43,271 nt of DNA from Armatimonadota bacterium (GTDB taxonomy: Bacteria; Armatimonadota; Fimbriimonadia; Fimbriimonadales; GBS-DC): NCBI GenBank assembly GCA_037444405.1, contig JBBIML010000022.1:1-43271 (forward strand), read 5' to 3'. Made by a program: the position numbers and the translations under genes. Below the pieces are notes generated by a model. That model worked only from the letters and a program-made list of their open reading frames with translations, had not been told where the DNA came from and made no database searches. Positions 9,773 through 18,320 of this stretch are shown here, piece after piece (position 1 is the first letter of the stretch; each line of letters begins with the position of its first letter).

Positions 9773-10284
9773 AATCGGATGCCGACTGGATGGGATTGGT
9801 GGTGCTTTACCTGTCGCTGGTGGCGGTCGCGCTGGTGAGCCTGATGCTGCGGGGCGCACGGGCGCAGGCGCACATCCGCGCGATTCGCGAGCAGGGTCGG
9901 ACGCTCTTCTGGCGCGGGTTCGCGGTGACCATCACCGCTGCCCTGCTGATCCTGCTACTGGGCGCACTGAGCGAGAGCCTCAAAAAGGCGGGCGACACCC
10001 GCGCCACCCAGCTGGTCGGGCTGATTGCCGCCGCGATTGTGCTGGCGTATCTGCTGCTCGCGTTGCTGGGCTTCGGCAGTGTGGCGGTGGTGGTGGGCGA
10101 TTCGGCGGCGCAACTGTTCGGCTGGCGCGACCTGAGTGCGGGCTGGTGCAGCGTGCTGGGCTGCGCAATCATCCCACTGGTCGTGTGGATCCCGCTGTTC
10201 GGCTGGGCGCTCGGCGTCTACTGGCTCTCGCTCGCTATCGGCGGGCTGTGGAGCCAATCACAGGTCGCTCCCGATTCCACCTAA
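9769..10284 (+). CDS. Multi-pass membrane protein
   Basis: TTG start overlapping the upstream TGA, RBS AGGAGG, about five hydrophobic helices, WIPLFGW motif. Confidence 0.7.
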   Translation: MKSDADWMGLVVLYLSLVAVALVSLMLRGARAQAHIRAIREQGRTLFWRGFAVTITAALLILLLGALSESLKKAGDTRATQLVGLIAAAIVLAYLLLALLGFGSVAVVVGDSAAQLFGWRDLSAGWCSVLGCAIIPLVVWIPLFGWALGVYWLSLAIGGLWSQSQVAPDST

Positions 10285-12495
10285 CGGCTGACCGAACTGC
10301 CCGTAGCCGAAGCGCGAGATGGACGGCAACGCCTTCAAGCGCACAAATATCAGCAGGCTCCGATCCCGACGGAAGCCGAACGGATTGTCAATATAGCGAA
10401 TCTCCAGCTCGGCGCAGTGCAGGTCATAGGTCAGCAGCAGGTGGCGCCCCTCGAAGCGGTTCAGATAGCCGTTATACTGCAGGATGCTGGAGATTCGGAC
10501 TCGCCCCCACTGCAGGGCGTCTAATCGGGCAAAGATATTGCCCCAGCGATGGCGTTGCGGGTCATAGCGTGCCGAGAGTGCCAGCCGCGAGTCGCCGAAC
10601 TGCCAGAGCAGATCGGTCAGCAGGCTGGTGAACCGCCCGCGATTGGGGTCGTAACTGCTTTGCGTGCGCCAGCGCAGCCACTGCGCCGGGCTATATTCCA
10701 GATTGAGGTTGAGCGGACTCCATGCGTCGCGCCCCTGCTTGCGCGCCAGCAGGTCATAGGTGGTCAGCGCGGCGAGGCTCCAGCCGCCGCCCAGCGCCCA
10801 GCGCAGGTCGGCGCTCAGCAGATTGTAGCTGCCCGTTCGATCCAGTCCGAGCGGCGAATAGCCATGCGGTCGCAGGTAGTTCCAGCGTAGCGCGAGGCTC
10901 GATCGCGCGCCCAGCTCATAACGCCCCTCTAATGCCGACTGCAACAGATATTGCGCCGTCTGGTCGCTATAAAAGGTCTGCCGAAAGCCATAGAGCCAGT
11001 TCAAGCTCCAGCGCGAGACCCCCTCACCCGTATCCTCTCCCCCACTGGGGGAGAGGGTTAGCTTGGCTCCCTCTCCCCGCTGGGGAGAGGGTCGGGGTGA
11101 GGGGTTAAATCTTCCCTGCAGTTCGAAGCCGACGCGCTCGCGGGTGAGCCGTGTCGCGCCCCCTTCGGCAAACCGCCCGACGCTGAGGCGCAGGCTGGCG
11201 TCCAGCCCGTTCAGACCCCACCAGCGTGCGGGCGCGCTCAGGCTCAGCTCTGGCAACCGTTCCAGACCCCCAGAGAAGGCGGGCATATTGCCGATGGGCA
11301 TCAGCCGCTGATACTCCATCTCCAACCGTGCGCCCGACAGGTCATAATCGAGCAACGCGCGGGTGTTCCACTGGCGCAGACCGCCGGTGGAGACGCCCTC
11401 CGACAGGCTCATCGTCTCCAGATAGTCGCCCGATAAGTTCCAGCGCAGCCTCCCCATCGCGCGCGAATCGCTCAGATTCAACGCGCGATTGATACTCTCC
11501 AGCGTGCCGATGAGATTCCGATTCTCGTTGAAGCTCAGGCGGGTCTGACCGCTCGCGCTGGGCAGCATCCAGTCGGTGCGCAGCGACCACGCCGTGCTGT
11601 CGGCAAAAATCAGATAGCTGTTGCGGCGGTAATCAGCGCTCCAGCTGGTCTGCAGTCGCCCGAACGCCTGCTGATGTTGCCACCGCCCCGTGAGGCTGTT
11701 CGTGTTGAGCGTGCGGTCGCGCAGGAAGTAGAGGTTCAGCAAGCCGCGCGAATATTGTTGAAGCAGATTGATGCCCAGCCCCTTACGCTGCATCAGGTCG
11801 AACCGCACGCTACCGATTGCCCCGCGCATCAGCAGGTAGGCAATCGCATATTTGAGGTAGAGTCCCTCCTCTTCCGAGAAGCCCGCTTCGGGCAGAGGCG
11901 ACGATTCGCCCGTTTCACGCAGGGGCACGACCACATAGGGCAGGGTGAACAGGGTGCGTCCCAGCACCTGCAGGCGCACATGGCGCAGCACAGCGCGCTG
12001 ACCCGCCGTCGCCTCCATGCGCTCCGCCTCCCACTGGTAGTGCGGATGCTCGAGATCGCAGGTGGTCGCCTGCAGGTGGCTGCCCTGCACGGTGTTCTCT
12101 TTGCCCTGCAGTTGCCCGCCGCGAATAAAGAGGCTGTCTAACAGGCGATGATTGAGGAAGACAGGCTCCAGCCGTGCGCTGCCGCGCCACAGCTCCCAGT
12201 AGTGTTCGCGCGTGTTCAGCAGCAGTTGCTCGCCCTCGGCGCGGACGCCGTTGCCTGTCAACGACACCCCACCCTGAAACAGATAGTTGCCGGAGCGGGT
12301 GGAGCCTTCGGCGCGGGCGCCCGAGAGCAGGTAGTCGCGCCAGCGGGCTTCGATCCGCTCCGCCTGCAGCGTGCCATCCGCCTGCCAGCGGAAAGCCTCC
12401 ATGCGCAGAATCTCTACCGGCTCCCGCTCCTGCGCCAAGAGGGTTGCGAAAGCGCCCACCAGCCATAGCGCGCCTATCCAGCGAACAATCCCCAT
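10258..12495 (-). CDS. LPS-assembly protein LptD-like outer-membrane protein with an in-frame repeat insertion
   Basis: Signal peptide (MGIVRWIG), OstA-like N-terminus, TTCDLEHPHY, TLFTLPY..PL, PEAGFSEEEGLY, ERLPEL, YDLHCAE. Confidence 0.75.
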   Translation of the reverse strand: MGIVRWIGALWLVGAFATLLAQEREPVEILRMEAFRWQADGTLQAERIEARWRDYLLSGARAEGSTRSGNYLFQGGVSLTGNGVRAEGEQLLLNTREHYWELWRGSARLEPVFLNHRLLDSLFIRGGQLQGKENTVQGSHLQATTCDLEHPHYQWEAERMEATAGQRAVLRHVRLQVLGRTLFTLPYVVVPLRETGESSPLPEAGFSEEEGLYLKYAIAYLLMRGAIGSVRFDLMQRKGLGINLLQQYSRGLLNLYFLRDRTLNTNSLTGRWQHQQAFGRLQTSWSADYRRNSYLIFADSTAWSLRTDWMLPSASGQTRLSFNENRNLIGTLESINRALNLSDSRAMGRLRWNLSGDYLETMSLSEGVSTGGLRQWNTRALLDYDLSGARLEMEYQRLMPIGNMPAFSGGLERLPELSLSAPARWWGLNGLDASLRLSVGRFAEGGATRLTRERVGFELQGRFNPSPRPSPQRGEGAKLTLSPSGGEDTGEGVSRWSLNWLYGFRQTFYSDQTAQYLLQSALEGRYELGARSSLALRWNYLRPHGYSPLGLDRTGSYNLLSADLRWALGGGWSLAALTTYDLLARKQGRDAWSPLNLNLEYSPAQWLRWRTQSSYDPNRGRFTSLLTDLLWQFGDSRLALSARYDPQRHRWGNIFARLDALQWGRVRISSILQYNGYLNRFEGRHLLLTYDLHCAELEIRYIDNPFGFRRDRSLLIFVRLKALPSISRFGYGQFGQPLGGIGSDL
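11018..11105. repeat. Head-to-head doublet of palindromic repeat family A inside the LptD-like CDS
   Basis: CCCCTCACCCGTATCCTCTCCCCCACTGGGGGAGAGGG ... CCCTCTCCCCGCTGGGGAGAGGGTCGGGGTGAGGGG, translated as NPSPRPSPQRGEGAKLTLSPSGGEDTGEGV. Confidence 0.9.
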
Positions 12496-12561
12496 CCGTG
12501 CGCCTATATTGTAGACGCTTGAGCCAACAGAAAAAGGCTCGCTTATGGTACAATCCCCCCG

Positions 12562-13206
12562 ATGGACGCGCTGACGCAGGTGTTCGAGCTCTTTTTGCAT
12601 ATCGATCGCCATCTGGAGAGTGTGGTGCGCCAGTATCATAACACGACCTATGGCATTCTGTTTCTGATCGTCTTTATGGAGACGGGGCTGGTCGTGACGC
12701 CCTTTTTGCCAGGCGATTCGCTGCTGTTTGCGGCGGGCACGCTGGCGGGCAAAGGCATGCTGGACATTCGCACGCTCTATCTCGTGCTGCTGATCGCGCC
12801 CCTGTGCGGCGATAATGTGAACTACTGGATTGGGCGGCTGATCGGGCATCGGCTGGTGCAGAGCCAGCGCGTGCGCCTGATTCGCAAGGAGCATTTAGAT
12901 AAAACGCACGCTTTCTTTGAGAAGTACGGTGGCAAGACGCTGGTGATTGCCCGCTTCGTGCCGATTGTGCGCACGATGGCGCCTTTCGTAGCGGGGCTGG
13001 GCGCGATGACCTACCCCCGATTCCTGATGTTCAGCCTGCTGGGCGCGTTCCTGTGGGTTACCATCTGCACCCTCGCCGGCTACTACTTCGGCAGCATTCC
13101 CCTCATCAAAAACAACTTCTCCATCGCCATTCTGGCGATTATCGCCCTATCGCTGATGCCTGCCATGATTGAGTATCTGCGCCACAGGCGACAGGTGCGT
13201 GTGTAA
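12562..13206 (+). CDS. DedA family membrane protein
   Basis: FMETGLVVTPFLPGDSLLFAAG, FFEKYGGKTLVIARFVPIVRT. Confidence 0.95.
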   Translation: MDALTQVFELFLHIDRHLESVVRQYHNTTYGILFLIVFMETGLVVTPFLPGDSLLFAAGTLAGKGMLDIRTLYLVLLIAPLCGDNVNYWIGRLIGHRLVQSQRVRLIRKEHLDKTHAFFEKYGGKTLVIARFVPIVRTMAPFVAGLGAMTYPRFLMFSLLGAFLWVTICTLAGYYFGSIPLIKNNFSIAILAIIALSLMPAMIEYLRHRRQVRV

Positions 13207-13207
13207 A

Positions 13208-14587
13208 TTAGTACGGTTCAAAATGGCAGCTGAAGTGGCGCAGGAAAGGCGTCTGCCATGTGATGCGATAGCCGCGCAGCTGGTCGCGTCGGGCATACAC
13301 ATTCAGGATCGCCTCCACCACATAGTCCACATGGCTCTGGGTGTAGACGCGCCGCGGGATGGCGAGGCGCACCAGCTCCTTGCGGGCGGGAATCTCCTGA
13401 CCCGTTTCGGGGTCCACTTTGCCGAACATCACGGAGCCAATCTCGCTGCTGCGGATGCCGCCCTCGCGATAGAGTTCGACCACCAGCGACTGTCCCGGAT
13501 ATTGCAGGGGCGGGATGTGGGGCAACATCAGCCCTGCGTCGATGTAGATGGCGTGTCCGCCAGGCGGCTGCACAATGGGCACGCCCTCGCGCGCGATATG
13601 CTCGCCCAGATAGCGCACCGATGCCAGCCGATACTGCAGGTAATGCTCGTCCAGCACCTCCTGCAAGCCGATCGCCATCGCCTCCAGGTCGCGCCCCGCC
13701 AGCCCACCATAGGTCGGGAAGCCCTCGGTCAAAATCAGCAGTTCTTTCTCCTGCTGGGCTAACTGGTCATCGTTGGTGCAGAGGAATCCGCCGATGTTCG
13801 CCAGCCCATCTTTTTTGGCGGACATGGTGCAGCCGTCGGCGTAAGAGAACATCTCGCGCACGATCTCGCGGACGCTCTTCTGCTGATAGCCTGGCTCGCG
13901 CAGCTTGATCAGATAGGCGTTTTCGGCGAAGCGGCAGGCGTCGATGTAGAGCGGGATGCCGTGGCGGCGGCAAATCTGGCTCACCGCGCGGATGTTCGCC
14001 ATCGACACGGGCTGACCGCCACCGGAGTTGTTCGTGACGGTGAGCATCACCAGCGGGATGCGCTCCGCGCCCACCTCCCGAATGAGCCGCTCCAGCGCAC
14101 TGGTGTCCATGTTGCCCTTGAAGGGATGGGGCGTCTGCGTGTCGTTCGCTTCCGCGCAGGGCAAATCGACCGCAACGCCGCCCAGATATTCGATGTTAGC
14201 GCGGGTGGTGTCGAAGTGGGTGTTGTTGGGAATCACGCTGCCGGGTTTGCACACCAGCGAGAACAGGATACGCTCGGCGGCGCGACCCTGATGCACGGGG
14301 ATCACATGCTTGAAGCCGAAAATCTCGCGCACGACCGACTCAAAGAAGTAGAAGCTGCGGCTGCCCGCGTACGATTCGTCGCCGCGCATCACGCCCGCCC
14401 ACTGGTCCGCGCTCATCGCCGCCGTGCCCGAATCGGTCAGCAGGTCGATCAGCACATCGTCGGAGCGCACCAGAAACAGATTGTAGTGGGCGCGTTGCAG
14501 AATCGCCTCGCGCTCTTCAGGGGTGGTCATCCGGATTGGCTCCACCACCTTGATTCGGAACGGCTCAATAATCGTTCGGAACGGCAT
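13208..14587 (-). CDS. tnaA: Tryptophanase (PLP-dependent beta-eliminating lyase)
   Basis: EPFRIKVVE, IDLLTDSGT, HQGRAAE, RFAENAY. PLP-lysine motif MSAKKD and LRHF are tryptophanase-like (tyrosine phenol-lyase has SGKKD and LRFF). Confidence 0.85.
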   Translation of the reverse strand: MPFRTIIEPFRIKVVEPIRMTTPEEREAILQRAHYNLFLVRSDDVLIDLLTDSGTAAMSADQWAGVMRGDESYAGSRSFYFFESVVREIFGFKHVIPVHQGRAAERILFSLVCKPGSVIPNNTHFDTTRANIEYLGGVAVDLPCAEANDTQTPHPFKGNMDTSALERLIREVGAERIPLVMLTVTNNSGGGQPVSMANIRAVSQICRRHGIPLYIDACRFAENAYLIKLREPGYQQKSVREIVREMFSYADGCTMSAKKDGLANIGGFLCTNDDQLAQQEKELLILTEGFPTYGGLAGRDLEAMAIGLQEVLDEHYLQYRLASVRYLGEHIAREGVPIVQPPGGHAIYIDAGLMLPHIPPLQYPGQSLVVELYREGGIRSSEIGSVMFGKVDPETGQEIPARKELVRLAIPRRVYTQSHVDYVVEAILNVYARRDQLRGYRITWQTPFLRHFSCHFEPY

Positions 14588-14662
14588 AACGGCTCCCTCG
14601 CCATCAAGAATATACCCTTAACCAGCCACTCCTTCAAGGAACTGCGCGGGATCAACAATACT

Positions 14663-14856
14663 ATGACGCCACACCCTTCGCTCACGGAACAGAGGGAGAA
14701 CAGCTTCCGCCAGCTCGTGGAAACCGAAGCCGACGCCCTCGCCCAGCAAATCGGGTTTGTCCAGCGCCAACGCAAACTCACCGGTGTGCGGCGTCGGAGG
14801 CGTCCTGCGACCTTTCAGTTGCTGCTTGGAGAAGGAGGCTTAAATTGATGCCAATG
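14663..14856 (+). mobile_element. Internally deleted IS4-family (IS231-like) remnant
   Basis: Short ORF 14663-14848 with ADALAQQIGFVQRQRKLTG (transposase N-terminus-like) joined to RRRPATFQLL..LN*. Followed by CTTAAATTGATGCCAATG, resembling an IS231-type terminal repeat (recalled, not searched). Confidence 0.6.
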
Positions 14857-14931
14857 CCCGACCTGCCTGCGTAGGAAGAGAAAGCGCCCTCACCCATACC
14901 CTCTCCTCCGCCTGCGGGGTACACTCCTGAT

Positions 14932-15546
14932 ATGATTGGCTGGCTGAGTGGGGTTGTGCGGGCGATTGAGGGCGAGCGGGTGCTGATCGAGGTGCAGGGT
15001 GTCGGCTACGAGCTGCGCCTGCCTGCCGCCCTGCGCGAGCAGCTGCCCCCGCCCGGCGAACCCATCAGCCTCTATGTGCGCACGCTCTTCAACGAAGAGG
15101 AGGGCATCACCCTCTATGGCTTCGCCGACGCCTGGCAACGACGCCTGTTCGACCTGCTCATCACCGTTGGGGGCGTCGGTCCCAAGCTCGCGTTGAATCT
15201 CATGAGCGCGACGGAGCCGACCACGCTCGCCCGCGCGATTGCGCTCAGGGACACCCGCATGCTGCGCACGCTGCCGGGCGTCGGCACCAAGCTCGCCGAG
15301 CGGCTCGTGCTGGAACTCTCCGAAAAGGTCGCCGAACTCGCCTTTGAGGAGCGCATCGAGCGGCTCAAGGCTGCCACACGCGCCGCCGCGACCGATCTGG
15401 AGGCGCTTGTTGCGGGGCTGGTTCAGCTCGGCTACTCGCGGCGCGACGCCGCGAGCGCGGTGCAGTCTGCCCTGCAGGAGAACCCCGACGCCGATGAGCA
15501 GACGCTTATGCGCCTCGCGCTTTTGAAGCTGGCTCCGAAACGGTAG
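14932..15546 (+). CDS. ruvA: Holliday junction branch migration protein RuvA
   Basis: MIGWLSG, VQGVGYE, TLYGF, LITVGGVGPKLAL, LPGVGTKLAERLVLEL, LVQLGY. Confidence 0.96.
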   Translation: MIGWLSGVVRAIEGERVLIEVQGVGYELRLPAALREQLPPPGEPISLYVRTLFNEEEGITLYGFADAWQRRLFDLLITVGGVGPKLALNLMSATEPTTLARAIALRDTRMLRTLPGVGTKLAERLVLELSEKVAELAFEERIERLKAATRAAATDLEALVAGLVQLGYSRRDAASAVQSALQENPDADEQTLMRLALLKLAPKR

Positions 15547-17908
15547 GCGCCGTGGGGCGCAGCCACCGCCAGAGCCGCCGACGCGGACGCCACCGCCGCG
15601 GCAGCACCATCGGCAACGGCTGGGCATACAGTCGCGCCAGCGCGAACTTCGCATCCCGCGCCCGCCGAACCGCCGCCAGCAGACCGCCCACCAGCGCCAG
15701 CGGCGGACCCAGCCACACCAGAATCGTGAACGGCTTGTAATAGACCTCCAACGGGATCACCCAGCGCGGCACAGTCTCCGGTCTGCCCGGCACCATCAGC
15801 AGCCGGAACTCCACCAGCCGCTGATTTACATCCATCTCGCCAATCACCAGCACCGCGCCGTCGGGCAAAGTTGCGGGCACAGGCACAACGCCCCCTTGCG
15901 AGACCAGCCGAAACGGTTCGACCTCGACGGGCTTCTGCCAGTCGGACTTGCTGACTCGCACCTTCGCTATCGCGCGGAAGCCCTCCTGACCCATCGCCGC
16001 GCCGCCCGCCCGCAAATCCACAAAGCGCAGGGTGTAATCGCCGACCTGTATCCGCTCGCCCTCGTGCAGGCGGGCAATCAGCGGGCTGGCGTCCACCTGC
16101 GGCGGCGCAAAAAACGACACATACAGGTCGTGATCCCACCAGCGGCGAATCCAGGGCCACACCACACTGTTGTTCTCGGCGCGGCGCCGATCCAGATAGA
16201 AGCGCGGCTCGGCGATGAACTTCTCGCCATGGCGCGCGACCTCCAGCCGAACCCGATTGAACTTATCGAAGCGCGGGTCGCCGAACCGCTCCGAATCGCC
16301 CGTCATGCCCAGATAGCGCCAGCGGTAGCCGAACGCCAGCGTGTCCTGACCTTGCATAATCACCACCTGCTGCTTGCCCTCGTAGGCGTTGGACAGGATC
16401 AGCCCGATGACGCCGATTGCCAGCCCCGCGTGGGTCAGGAAGCCGCCCACCGTGACGCGCGACGCCTGCACCCGCCGCCAGATCGCGCCCAGATTGGAAT
16501 AGAAAGCAAAGCTGAGCAGCACCACAATAAAGAGCGTCAGCGGCTCCTGAAAGCCCAGAAAGTACAGCCCGAAGCCGGTCGCGACCGCCAGCAACCAGCT
16601 TTTGGTCAGCCGCTGCAGAATATCGTCCAGGCTCATTCCTGACCAGCGCAACATCGGCGCCGCCGCCAGCACAATCGCCGCAATCACCACCCACGGCGCA
16701 TGCACCTGATTGTAAAAGTCCGGCTTCAGCGAGACTGGCTCCCCGCGAAAGAGCCTGGCAATCAGCGGGTACGAAGTGCCCACCAGACTGACAAGCGCGG
16801 ACAGGATGAGCAGCGTGATGCCCCAGCGCACGGCAGCCTCGCGCGAGAAGCCACGCACTTTGACTGCCGACGGCGGCGCGGGCATCTGCCGATACCGCCA
16901 GCCCCACAATCCCAGCGTGAGCAGCAGCCCACCCCCCAGCATGGCAATCAGAATGCCGAGCGCGCTCTTCGCCAGCGCGTCGAACGAATGCACCGATACC
17001 TCCGCCAGCACCCCACTGCGCGTCAGAAAAGTGCCGTACACAAACAGCAGGAACGGAATCGCGCACAGCAATGGGTTCCAGCGCGCCATCCGCCCGCGAT
17101 TGATCTGCAGCATCAGCCCATGGACTGCCGCCGCCATAAACAGCCAGGGGAAGTAGGAGGTGTTCTCCACAGGGTCCCATGCCCAGAAGCCGCCCCAGCC
17201 GAGCGTCTCATACGCCCAGTAGCCGCCCAGCGCCAGCCCGAAGCCCAGCATCGTCGCCGCGTAAATCGCCCACGGACGCACCCGAATCGCCCACTCCTCG
17301 TATTCGTTCCGCCAGAGCGCCGATAGCGCGTAGGCGAACGGAACCGCTAATGCCGCGAAGCCCGCAAAAATAATTGGCGGGTGAATCGTCATCCAGATGT
17401 TCTCCAGTGAGGCGTTCAGCCCGATGCCGTCGCGCGGCGGGAAGTTCGCTCGCAAAAAGGGCGCGTCCTCTGGCGGGGGCGGCAACGGCGCGAACGGACT
17501 CTGATACGCCAGAATGCCCATCAGGCACAGCACCAGCGCCGAGTAGACGGTCATCACCCAGCGTTCGTAGCCGCCCGCCGTGCGCATCAGCAGCAGCCCG
17601 TACAGCCCTGTCCAGATTGCCCACAGCAGGAAACTGCCCTCCTGACCCGCCCACGCGCCCGCTATCTTGTACCAGAGCGGCAGCGACCGCTCGCTGAAAT
17701 TGAACACATATTGCAAATCGTAGCGCCCTGTGATGAGCGCGTACTGCAGAACCGCCTCCGTCGCCAGAATGAAAACGAAGGCGAGCCCGAACGCCCGCCG
17801 CGCCCACCGAAGGGAACCTTCACCCCGCCGAATGCTGATTGCGTAGAGCGCGGTCGCCGCGAAAGCGAACAGCGCGCCCAGCCAGACCACGAGATAGCCT
17901 GTCAGCAA
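15506..17908 (-). CDS. ccmF: Cytochrome c-type biogenesis heme lyase CcmF
   Basis: WAGQEGSFLLW, IHPP, WAYETLGWGGFWAWDPVEN, GTFLTRSG, SVHSF. Confidence 0.95.
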   Translation of the reverse strand: MLTGYLVVWLGALFAFAATALYAISIRRGEGSLRWARRAFGLAFVFILATEAVLQYALITGRYDLQYVFNFSERSLPLWYKIAGAWAGQEGSFLLWAIWTGLYGLLLMRTAGGYERWVMTVYSALVLCLMGILAYQSPFAPLPPPPEDAPFLRANFPPRDGIGLNASLENIWMTIHPPIIFAGFAALAVPFAYALSALWRNEYEEWAIRVRPWAIYAATMLGFGLALGGYWAYETLGWGGFWAWDPVENTSYFPWLFMAAAVHGLMLQINRGRMARWNPLLCAIPFLLFVYGTFLTRSGVLAEVSVHSFDALAKSALGILIAMLGGGLLLTLGLWGWRYRQMPAPPSAVKVRGFSREAAVRWGITLLILSALVSLVGTSYPLIARLFRGEPVSLKPDFYNQVHAPWVVIAAIVLAAAPMLRWSGMSLDDILQRLTKSWLLAVATGFGLYFLGFQEPLTLFIVVLLSFAFYSNLGAIWRRVQASRVTVGGFLTHAGLAIGVIGLILSNAYEGKQQVVIMQGQDTLAFGYRWRYLGMTGDSERFGDPRFDKFNRVRLEVARHGEKFIAEPRFYLDRRRAENNSVVWPWIRRWWDHDLYVSFFAPPQVDASPLIARLHEGERIQVGDYTLRFVDLRAGGAAMGQEGFRAIAKVRVSKSDWQKPVEVEPFRLVSQGGVVPVPATLPDGAVLVIGEMDVNQRLVEFRLLMVPGRPETVPRWVIPLEVYYKPFTILVWLGPPLALVGGLLAAVRRARDAKFALARLYAQPLPMVLPRRWRPRRRLWRWLRPTAPTVSEPASKARGA

Positions 17909-17914
17909 CGCCGT

Positions 17915-18292
17915 TCACCTCCGCGCCGACTGCTGCTCGCCCTGATACTTGCTGGGGCACTTGACCAGCATCTCGCGCGCCTCAAACACGCCGTTTTTAT
18001 AATCGCCAATCACCACCACCTGTGTTGCCGCCTCAAAATTGTTCGGCTTGCCCTTCGGATAGACCACCCGCAGCACGCCCGTCTCATCTTTGCCCTCAAA
18101 GGTGAGCGTCATCGTCTTAATATCGAACCGAATGCTCTCTTTGATGGGGGTGAGTGCGACATGCACATTGCGCGGATGGCGCTCCAGATCGCGAACCTTC
18201 ACATAGGGGCTGGTGTTCTCCACAAAGGCGCGCACGGTGAACACAAGCCCCACCACGATCAAAGCCAGAATCAGCAGATTGCTCCATCTCAT
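17915..18292 (-). CDS. ccmE: Cytochrome c maturation heme chaperone CcmE (CxxxY type)
   Basis: N-terminal membrane anchor, C-terminal LVKCPSKY, adjacent to ccmF. Confidence 0.9.
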   Translation of the reverse strand: MRWSNLLILALIVVGLVFTVRAFVENTSPYVKVRDLERHPRNVHVALTPIKESIRFDIKTMTLTFEGKDETGVLRVVYPKGKPNNFEAATQVVVIGDYKNGVFEAREMLVKCPSKYQGEQQSARR

Positions 18293-18320
18293 CGTCGATC
18301 CCTGTTCCAGTATACCCACC

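Noticed and set aside
12511..12545. ECF-type promoter (GAGCC..CGTCTA) for the LptD-like gene
   Set aside because: The spacer is too long and a TACAAT box explains the site more simply.
12496..12894. N-terminal extensions in the ORF track (LptD-like here; also hutH, mfd, purA and the amidohydrolase)
   Set aside because: They overlap neighbouring genes or promoters. Downstream starts have a signal peptide, RBS or -10 box.
14588..14660. tnaC-like leader peptide upstream of tnaA
   Set aside because: A GG-TATATT box lies about 20 nt from the start codon, leaving no room for a leader.
15506..15620. Frameshift in the Arg-rich ccmF tail that overlaps ruvA by 41 bp
   Set aside because: All conserved CcmF motifs are upstream and in frame; short convergent overlaps occur elsewhere in the window.
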